Assembly: GCA_039798785.1 (NCBI GenBank)
Contig: JBDKFG010000057.1
Location: 1-54,327, forward strand
Direction of reading: 5' to 3'
Length of the DNA stretch: 54,327 bases
Origin: Verrucomicrobiota bacterium
GTDB taxonomy: Bacteria; Verrucomicrobiota; Lentisphaeria; Lentisphaerales; Lentisphaeraceae
The translations under genes were made by a program, and so were the position numbers. The notes under the pieces were generated by a model. It saw only the letters and a program-made list of their open reading frames with translations. It made no database searches and had not been told where the DNA came from. The first letter of the stretch is position 1. Each line of letters opens with the position of its first letter. Positions 47,458-54,327 of the stretch are shown piece by piece.

Positions 47458-47542
47458 ATTTGCGCAGGGGCCGCGAGAGGCCTTTCGATGATGCCGTCGA
47501 AGGTGTACAGAGCCTGGTGGAGCCGCAGCAATCTCAGTCAAG

Positions 47543-47568
47543 GGTAAGCCTCAGTTGAAAATGGTAAA
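47543..47568. promoter_or_regulatory. Candidate AraC operator, copy 2
   Basis: GGTAAGCCTCAGTTGAAAATGGTAAA, upstream of the GH2 gene. Confidence 0.65.
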
Positions 47569-47688
47569 ACCATTTTCGAGAAACAGCGATAGACCCGGCA
47601 AAACCGGGAACAGCGACAGACCGGCACTCTCTGAATCTTTCAGAGCCCATGTTCAGTCCAGTTGCGCAACCCCTTCAGGACCCCCGCC

Positions 47689-50600
47689 ATGTTCCATGTC
47701 CTTCTTATCCCTCTGCTGCTCTTCTGCCTCGTCGCAACGGCGGACGAAAAACCAGCCTCGGAGCCCGCTTGGCACGTCGTCGCCAGCGATAGCGCCGCCG
47801 ATGCCGCCAAGCGCAGCCATTTCGAGGCTGGCACCCAGTTCCATGAATTTGCCGAACCCGCCAAGTCGCCGCTGCGCAAAGTCGCCTTTGGCCCCTGCCT
47901 CTCCCTCGCCTACGCCGGCCTGAATCCCAAGGCCCAGTACAAAGCGCGATTCACCTTTCTCAGCGACAGCCCGCGGACCCAGACGATCAGCTTCGACGGC
48001 AACCCCCTCGCCGAAGACATCCGGCTCGAGACGGGAGTGCCGCAGGTGATCGAAAAGGAGCTGCCGCGCCTCGCCTACATCTACAGCGAGATGCACCTCG
48101 ACATCGAGGCGGTCAAAGGTCCCAACGCCGTCCTCAGCCAGGTGGAAATCCTCTCCACCGATCCGACCCTGCTCGGCGTCGCTCCGCCCAAGCCGCAGCT
48201 CAGCTTCACCGCCGCGGTGACCCCGGCCGAACTGGCCCTGGTGATGCCGGTGCTGACGCCGCGCCCGGCCAGCGGCATCACCGATCTCTCCGGTACCTGG
48301 AAGTTCGCGGCCGCCGCAAAAGCCGGCTTCGAAAGCGCCGCCGCGCATGACGACTGGGCCGATATCGGTGTCCCCGGCGAATGGGTGATGCAGGGTCACA
48401 GCGTCGCGCCCGACACCGCCGCCGCCTATTTCCGCAATTTCGAGATGGCGGGATTCCCGGCTGGTCAGCGCACCAAGCTGCGCTTCGCCGCCGTCCACAG
48501 TCTCTGCCAAGTCTTTGTCAACGGCCTCAAGGTGGGTGAACACGAGGGCGGCTTCGTCCCCTTCGAGTGCGATATCAGCGCCGCGGTCAAACCCGGCCGC
48601 AACACACTCGCCCTCAGGGTCCAGTCGGAGTCGATGAGCGACCGCCTCGCCTGCGCCTCGCAGTACGCCGCTCATCCCCTCGGCGGCATCTCCCGCAAGG
48701 TCGAGCTCTTCCAGGTGCCCGCCGTCCACCTCAAGTCCCTCAGGGTCGCCACCCGCTTCGACGCCAGCTTCCGCGATGCCGTCCTCGAGCTCCACACCGC
48801 CCTGGCCGGCGAGGGGGACTTGCTAGTGTCGCTGACCGATCTCCAGAGCGGCAAGGTCCTGCTCAGCGAGGTCCGCGTCAAGCCCGGCCAGGCCGAGCTG
48901 CCGGTGAGTGCTCCGGCGCAGTGGGACCCCGAGCACCCGCGCCTCCACCGCCTCAGCCTCAAGCTCGAAGTGGCGGGACGGATCGTCGAGACGGTGGAGG
49001 AGACCATCGGCTTTCGCCAGATCGAGGTCAAGGGCAACCAGGTCTTCGTCAACGGCCGTCCGATCAAGCTCCGCGGCGTCTGCCGCCACGAGGTCCACCC
49101 GCTGCTCGGCCGCGCCCTCACCGCGGCGCAGTGGCAGGCCGATGCCAGGATCTTCCGCGACATGAATTGCAACTTCATCCGCACCTCCCACTACCCCCCG
49201 GCCGAGGAGTTCCTCGCCGAATGCGACCGCCTCGGCCTCTTCGTCGAGCTCGAAGCCCCGGTCTGCTGGGTCGGCCACCACGCCAGCGATCACTACAAGC
49301 CCGGCTTCAAAAGCTCGAGCGCCGTCTTCGACCGGATCCTCAAGGCCAATCTCGACACCGTCGCCGGCTACCCCGACCACGCCTCGGTGATCATCCGCTC
49401 GATCGCCAACGAGTCCGGCTGGAGCGACCTCTTCGCCCGCGTCAACGCCTTCGTCGCCCTCGCCGATCCCAGCCGGCCGCGCACTTTCCACGACCAGTGC
49501 TGGGGCGGCTTCAACAACCACGGCTCCACCGTCATGCCCATCGGCGACTACCACTACCCCGGCATGGCCGGCCCCGCCGCCTGCAACAAGGAAGCCCGCC
49601 CCATCCACTTCGGCGAATACTGCCACCTCAACACCTACAACCGCCGCGAAATCGTCACCGACCCCGGCGTCCGCGATTACTACGGCGTCGCCATCAAGCC
49701 GATGTGGGATCTGATGTACCAGGCCCAGGGCAACCTCGGCGGCTCGATCTGGTCCGGCATCGACGACGTCTTCCTGGTCGCCGAAGGCCAGGCCGTCGGC
49801 TACGGCGAATGGGGCCCCATCGACGGCTGGCGCCGCCTCAAACCCGAAGCCTGGCACATCACCAAGGCCTTCTCGCCGGTGCGCGTCAGCAGCGCCAAGG
49901 GCATCGATGGTCAGATCCGCGTCGAGCTGGAAAACCGCCATCTCTTCTCCAATCTCAACGAGATCCGCATCGAGTGGGCCCTGGTCCGTCCCGACAGCGA
50001 CTTCCGCCAGGCGCCGCGGCAGCGCATCGCCGTCGATCTCCCCGCCCGCCAGCAGGGCAGCTTCACCATCCCCGCCGCCGCCCGCGACTGCCTCTACCTG
50101 CGCTTCACCGCGGCCGACGGCCATTGCCTCGACGAAGAGCTGCTGCCCCTCGGCGCCAGCGCCGCCGTCGCCGACAGCGCCAAAGAAGTCGCGGCCGCCG
50201 CAAAACTCGAATGCATCGAAGCCGAGGCTAGGATCCACGTCAAAGGCGGCAGTTTCGACTGGGAGATCGATGCCCGTTCCGGCCGCCTAATTGCTGGCCG
50301 CGCCGGCGCCAAAACCGTGCTCTGCGGCGGTCCCGAACTGATGCTGCTGCCCCTCACCGGCGGCGCCTGCGCCACCGAACACCGCCGCGACATCGAGCCG
50401 CTCAACCACACCTGCGTCGCCTGGCAGCTCAGCAGCCTCAAGACCGAGGCCTCTGCCGACAGCGTCAAGATCGTCATCAGCGGGCAATATCAGGAAGCTC
50501 GTCTCGACTACACCCTGAGCTTCGGCAAGGACGGCTCCCTCGGCGTCGACTACCAGTTGACCAGCAAGATCGATCTCAACCCGCGGCAGTGGGGCCTGGT

Positions 50601-51072
50601 CTTCACCGCTCCTGGCAATTTGACCCGTCTCAACTGGTGCCGCGACGCATTATGGAGCACCTATCCCGCCGGGCACATCGGCCGTCCTCTCGGCAACGCC
50701 AGCGCGGTGCTCCAGGGGCATGATTCCTTCCTCAAGCGGAGCGAGCCGGACTGGGCCTGGGAGCAGGACGAGACCGCCTTGGGCAGCGCCGATTTCCGCT
50801 CCACCCGCGCCCACATCCGCTGGGTCCGCCTCGATGATCCCGCCAGCGCTTGCGGCTTCCGCATCGACTCCGACGGCCGCCACTCGGCCCGCGCCTGGCG
50901 TCAGGGCGAACAAACCATCGGCCTGCTGGTCGCCGAGTTCAACACCGGCGGCGGCGACGGCTTCCTCGCCGGCGCCCACTACGGCCACGAGTTCCGCCCG
51001 ATCAAAAAAGGCGACAGCCGCAGCGGCAAAATCTTACTTCACCTGATCGACAGCCAAGCCTCTTCGAAATGA
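47689..51072 (+). CDS. Secreted GH2 glycoside hydrolase (beta-galactosidase-like)
   Basis: Signal peptide; 'GEHEGGFVPFE', 'IGFRQIE..NGRPIKLRGVCRHE', 'NFIRTSHYPP', 'SIANES' (acid/base Glu), 'FGEYCH' (nucleophile Glu). Confidence 0.93.
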   Translation: MFHVLLIPLLLFCLVATADEKPASEPAWHVVASDSAADAAKRSHFEAGTQFHEFAEPAKSPLRKVAFGPCLSLAYAGLNPKAQYKARFTFLSDSPRTQTISFDGNPLAEDIRLETGVPQVIEKELPRLAYIYSEMHLDIEAVKGPNAVLSQVEILSTDPTLLGVAPPKPQLSFTAAVTPAELALVMPVLTPRPASGITDLSGTWKFAAAAKAGFESAAAHDDWADIGVPGEWVMQGHSVAPDTAAAYFRNFEMAGFPAGQRTKLRFAAVHSLCQVFVNGLKVGEHEGGFVPFECDISAAVKPGRNTLALRVQSESMSDRLACASQYAAHPLGGISRKVELFQVPAVHLKSLRVATRFDASFRDAVLELHTALAGEGDLLVSLTDLQSGKVLLSEVRVKPGQAELPVSAPAQWDPEHPRLHRLSLKLEVAGRIVETVEETIGFRQIEVKGNQVFVNGRPIKLRGVCRHEVHPLLGRALTAAQWQADARIFRDMNCNFIRTSHYPPAEEFLAECDRLGLFVELEAPVCWVGHHASDHYKPGFKSSSAVFDRILKANLDTVAGYPDHASVIIRSIANESGWSDLFARVNAFVALADPSRPRTFHDQCWGGFNNHGSTVMPIGDYHYPGMAGPAACNKEARPIHFGEYCHLNTYNRREIVTDPGVRDYYGVAIKPMWDLMYQAQGNLGGSIWSGIDDVFLVAEGQAVGYGEWGPIDGWRRLKPEAWHITKAFSPVRVSSAKGIDGQIRVELENRHLFSNLNEIRIEWALVRPDSDFRQAPRQRIAVDLPARQQGSFTIPAAARDCLYLRFTAADGHCLDEELLPLGASAAVADSAKEVAAAAKLECIEAEARIHVKGGSFDWEIDARSGRLIAGRAGAKTVLCGGPELMLLPLTGGACATEHRRDIEPLNHTCVAWQLSSLKTEASADSVKIVISGQYQEARLDYTLSFGKDGSLGVDYQLTSKIDLNPRQWGLVFTAPGNLTRLNWCRDALWSTYPAGHIGRPLGNASAVLQGHDSFLKRSEPDWAWEQDETALGSADFRSTRAHIRWVRLDDPASACGFRIDSDGRHSARAWRQGEQTIGLLVAEFNTGGGDGFLAGAHYGHEFRPIKKGDSRSGKILLHLIDSQASSK

Positions 51073-51085
51073 CCCTTGGCCGGAT

Positions 51086-51892
51086 TCAGAGCGTTTTGCG
51101 GGCGGTGTAGATGGTGACCGTGCCGAGGCAGAGGCTTTGGAAGCCGACAGGCTGCAGGCCGGCGGCCGCCATGCGGCCCAGCATTTCTTCCGGCGGCAGG
51201 CAGTTGCGGATGGAGCGGTCGAGATAGCGGTAGGCCTCGATTTTCGAGCCGTAGATCCAGGCGCCGAAGGGCAGCGCGATCTTCATGAATAGGCTGTGCC
51301 CCCAGGCCACCGGCGGGCATTGGGGACGGGTGAGGTCGAGCATCACCGCGACGCCGCCGGGGACGAGGACGCGATGGCATTCGCGGTAGAAGGCGTCGAG
51401 GTCGGGCAGATTGCGCAGGACGAAAGACGAAGTGACGCCGCCGCAGCAGGCGTCGCGCAAGGGCAGGGCGGAGGCCGAGAGGCGGATCAGCTCCTGGGCG
51501 TTGCCGCTGTTGCCGGCGATCTCGAGGAAGCCCGGCGTGATGTCCCCCGAAATGATCCGTACCCCGGGCAATTCCTTGCGTGCGGTGAGAGCGAGCGAAC
51601 CCGGGCCGCAGCCGACATCGAGGACCGGCGTCGCCGCCGGCAGATGAGCCTTCAGGGTGGCGAGGAGGATGCGGCGCCAGCGTTCGCACATGCCGAGGGA
51701 GATGAAGCGGTTGACCGCCTCGTATTCCCGGGCGATGTCCTGGAACATGGCGGTGACGCCTTCCTCCCATTGCCGGGAGTCGTCTTTTCTGACCTCGCGC
51801 CCGAGGGCCTCGGCGGCGGGACTGGGCTTGGGAATTTCGGGCATGGAGGAAGCCTGGGGAAGGGGCGCGTCCGGCGGGCGCGCCGGGGTCAT
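51086..51892 (-). CDS. UbiE/MenG-family SAM methyltransferase
   Basis: 'MFQDIAREYEAVNRFISLG...WRR', 'VLDVGCGPG', 'FVLRNLPD', 'RVLVPGG', 'AYRYL..SI'. Start is 51892 (ATGA overlap) or 51844. Confidence 0.85.
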   Translation of the reverse strand: MTPARPPDAPLPQASSMPEIPKPSPAAEALGREVRKDDSRQWEEGVTAMFQDIAREYEAVNRFISLGMCERWRRILLATLKAHLPAATPVLDVGCGPGSLALTARKELPGVRIISGDITPGFLEIAGNSGNAQELIRLSASALPLRDACCGGVTSSFVLRNLPDLDAFYRECHRVLVPGGVAVMLDLTRPQCPPVAWGHSLFMKIALPFGAWIYGSKIEAYRYLDRSIRNCLPPEEMLGRMAAAGLQPVGFQSLCLGTVTIYTARKTL

Positions 51893-53484
51893 TTGCGGAT
51901 TTCGGCGAGAGTCGCTTCGAGGATGGCGGCGGCGGCCGGATCGAGGGTGGGATCGAGATCCTGGACCTCGGCGGTGAAGATGCCGGGGCCGAGGAGGGGC
52001 GAATTGATATAGCCGCAGCTGCCGACGGCTGCGGCGAGTCCGGCCTTGCCGTCGGCAGTGGTGGCGAGCAGGACGACGCCCTTGTCGGGGCGGATGAGGG
52101 CGGCTTCGCCGAGGCTGAGGCCCTTTTCGGGGATCTTGCCGGCGAGCTTCAGGGTCTCCTGGCCGGACTTGACGCCTTCGCGCAGGATTTCGGCGGGGTT
52201 GCGTCCGCCGCTGCCGCCGAGGACGCCGCTGATGCGGTCGAGGCATTTCACCCGGTCGCCGCCGATCCACAGGATCCGTCCGCCCTTGGCTCGCCATTGT
52301 TCAAGTGCATCGATCAGGTCGTTGCGTTTCCATCCCTGCAGCTCTTTGCTCAGAGAGGTTGCGATGATGACCAGCACCGGCATCTCCGCGGGGTCGGGGA
52401 GGCTGCCGGCGACGGCATTGCGGAGGTCGACGGCGCGGAAGCCACCCTTGGCGGCGAGGTGGCGCGCCACGGCCGGGCCGAGTACGCGCGAGCCCTGCCC
52501 GAGGAGGGATTGCTGCAGCGGCCAGTCAGCTTCGACGAGGAGACCGGTCCGGGCCTTCGGATCGGCGCTTTTCAGGACTTCGGTCCAGGCCGGGCCGTCC
52601 TCCAGGGGGAAGCTCTTCCAGAGTTCGTTTCCGGTGGCGATCTTGGCGGCGAGGGCGTCAGGATCGAAGACTATCTTCTTGGCGGCGAAGTGCTGCGCGG
52701 TGCGGATCATCTCCAGGGCCGTCTCCAACGCCAGGAGCTGGCCGCGGGCCAGGGCGATTTCGCCGTTGTTGGCGAGCGGCTTGTCGCTGAGCAGCGCGCG
52801 GCGGGAGTTCTCGAAATATTTGTCGCTGTGGAAGCGGCCCGCCTGGCCCAGCTTGAACATCCTTTCGCCGATGAAGACCGCCAACTCGTCGGGGCTTTCG
52901 CAGGCCGGTTTGAGCGCCGCCGCGCGGCGGACGAAGGCCGCCACTTCCTTGGCGCCGCGTTCGCTGGCAGCCACGTCGGTGAAGGAGGCGTCGACAAGCT
53001 GATTCAGGGGCAGCGGCTTGCCGCCGAAAGTGCGGCTCACTCCCTCCGCCAGGGTGTAGTCGCGGAAGTAGGCGATCCGCGGGTCGTTGTCGATCGCTAC
53101 CGCGTCCTGGCAGATGGCGGCGATGGTGCCGCACCAGAGAGCGCTGCGGGCCTGGTCTTGGCGTTTCATCGCCTCGGTCGCGAGCTTGAAAAGATGTGGC
53201 ACCGCCGCAGTGGAGCGGACCTGGCGGACGACCAGGAAACCATGAGATTTCAGATAGGCGGTCTCCTCTGGCAGGCCCTTCAGTTCGGCCACCTGGGCGC
53301 CTCCTTGCTCGGACATCCGGACGAAGTCCGCGAGGGCGCGTCCGAGCCCGTTGCAAGTGGCTTGTTCCGCCGGCGTCATCACGCCTTCAAGTTCGGAGGC
53401 GAGCCGGCTGCGGTCGGCATCGTTGAGAGCCCACGCGGCGCTGGACAGGAAAAGGGAGAGTGCGGTGCTGCAAAGAAGCTTCAT
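51889..53484 (-). CDS. Secreted hypothetical protein
   Basis: Signal peptide MKLLCSTALSLFLSSAAWA; 531 aa; typical codon usage. Confidence 0.75.
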   Translation of the reverse strand: MKLLCSTALSLFLSSAAWALNDADRSRLASELEGVMTPAEQATCNGLGRALADFVRMSEQGGAQVAELKGLPEETAYLKSHGFLVVRQVRSTAAVPHLFKLATEAMKRQDQARSALWCGTIAAICQDAVAIDNDPRIAYFRDYTLAEGVSRTFGGKPLPLNQLVDASFTDVAASERGAKEVAAFVRRAAALKPACESPDELAVFIGERMFKLGQAGRFHSDKYFENSRRALLSDKPLANNGEIALARGQLLALETALEMIRTAQHFAAKKIVFDPDALAAKIATGNELWKSFPLEDGPAWTEVLKSADPKARTGLLVEADWPLQQSLLGQGSRVLGPAVARHLAAKGGFRAVDLRNAVAGSLPDPAEMPVLVIIATSLSKELQGWKRNDLIDALEQWRAKGGRILWIGGDRVKCLDRISGVLGGSGGRNPAEILREGVKSGQETLKLAGKIPEKGLSLGEAALIRPDKGVVLLATTADGKAGLAAAVGSCGYINSPLLGPGIFTAEVQDLDPTLDPAAAAILEATLAEIRK

Positions 53485-53575
53485 GGAGGGCCTTCCTAGA
53501 GTTGGTTTTCGAGGTCGGCGGGCAACCTACAGGGCCGAGCGCCGGAGAGCAAGCCGGAGAATCTCTTGAAGAAAG

Positions 53576-53616
53576 TTGTCAACAACCTGTTGATAACTGT
53601 TGAAAGCTGTCGATAA
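53576..53616. promoter_or_regulatory. Cluster of four DnaA-box-like 9-mers
   Basis: TTGTCAACA, TGTTGATAA, TGTTGAAAG, TGTCGATAA; the last three have 10-bp periodicity. Confidence 0.55.
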
Positions 53617-53679
53617 CGTTGCTACAATAAAGCAACGCGCGCCGCCGAAAGCGCAAAAAAATCGAGAGGTCAGGGTACC

Positions 53680-54327
53680 ATGGACCTATTCAAAGCTGTC
53701 AGAGACGAAAAGCTGAATGAAATCTTCAAGCTCCTGAAGTCAGGAGTGGATGTCAATCAAAAAGACGAATACGGAAAATCGCCTCTGCATTATTCTTTGA
53801 GCCCGCTGGTGACCAGAATACTGACCGAGCACGGAGCTGACATCAACGTCATCGATCGCAACGGACGCACTCCTCTCGACTACGCTCCTAATACTAAGAT
53901 GCATGAAGTCGTTCAAAGCCTCGGCGGACGCAAGGGCGACATCAAGCTGAAGCCTGACGACATCCTCTACTCCTCGAAGTTCTACACCGACAACATCGAA
54001 GCCGACAAGCGAGCCAAGGCGAAAGCGAAGATCGACGCGGAACAAGCCGAGATCAAGGCCAGGCAGGATGCCGAAAACAAGGCCGCCGCCGCCGCCGCCA
54101 AGGCCGCCGCCGCCGCCGCCAAGGCCGCCGCCGCCGCAGATGCCGCCGCTGCCGCCAAAGCCGCAGCCACCGCCAAGAAGGCCGCCGCTGCCGAAGCCAA
54201 GAAGGCCGCGAAACCCCCTCCTCCACCCCCGGTGAAAGCCGTCGCCAAGGCTCCGGTGAAAGCCGTCGCCAAGGCTCCGGTGAAAGCCGTCGCCAAGGCT
54301 CCGGTGAAAGCCGTCGCCAAGGCTCCG
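53680..54327 (+). CDS. Ankyrin-repeat protein with an Ala/Lys-rich low-complexity tail (3' truncated; absent from the ORF track)
   Basis: Translated by hand: MDLFKAVRDEKLNEIFKLLKSGVDVNQKDEYGKSPLHY...HGADINVIDRNGRTPLDYA..., then KAAAAAA and (PVKAVAKA)n, with no stop before the window end. Confidence 0.88.
   Translation, partial: MDLFKAVRDEKLNEIFKLLKSGVDVNQKDEYGKSPLHYSLSPLVTRILTEHGADINVIDRNGRTPLDYAPNTKMHEVVQSLGGRKGDIKLKPDDILYSSKFYTDNIEADKRAKAKAKIDAEQAEIKARQDAENKAAAAAAKAAAAAAKAAAAADAAAAAKAAATAKKAAAAEAKKAAKPPPPPPVKAVAKAPVKAVAKAPVKAVAKAPVKAVAKAP
54229..54327 (+). repeat. Coding 24-bp tandem repeat (CCGGTGAAAGCCGTCGCCAAGGCT), at least 4 copies
   Basis: Perfect repeats running off the window end. 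Confidence 0.95.

Noticed and set aside
53570..53680. oriC
   Set aside because: Only four imperfect boxes, no clear unwinding element and no typical origin-flanking genes. Kept only as a regulatory cluster.
53740..54320. Minus-strand ORFs 53740-54045 and 53982-54320
   Set aside because: They are antisense to the ankyrin CDS starting at 53680, which has clear motifs.

Overview
A GC-rich bacterial chromosomal window, most consistent with a PVC-superphylum organism and probably Lentisphaerota. This is inferred from a Lentisphaera-style prepilin, ECF sigma factors paired with a Ser/Thr kinase, and PVC-type membrane proteins. It holds about 45 CDS, including gmhB, pncB, a PLP-dependent hdc-like decarboxylase, hemB, tex, MATE, recX, nfu, ade, cutC, a coaC-like flavoprotein, trpD, sixA, a GH2 glycosidase and a ubiE/menG-like methyltransferase. 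There are four tRNA genes (Asp, Val, two Glu) and several families of REP-like palindromes and short tandem repeats. No transposase, integrase, cas or reverse transcriptase gene is visible. The most interesting locus is a minus-strand operon at 41095-44361. It encodes two different, highly diverged proteins that by eye resemble the Ku core, plus a stand-alone ATP-dependent DNA ligase with a WGR-like tail. This is a candidate heterodimeric-Ku bacterial end-joining system, and it is interrupted by an AT-rich lipoprotein ORF bounded by a 9-bp direct repeat. Other points of interest: a four-member paralogous membrane-protein family tied to a GTGG-type REP, inverted REP arrays enclosing an orphan antitoxin-like gene, an anti-sigma-zinc-finger/kinase/secretin-N fusion, a double-glycine-leader-like peptide, a duplicated candidate AraC operator, a DnaA-box-like cluster and a recurrent 16-bp promoter spacer. 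All family calls come from motif recognition by eye; no database search was run.
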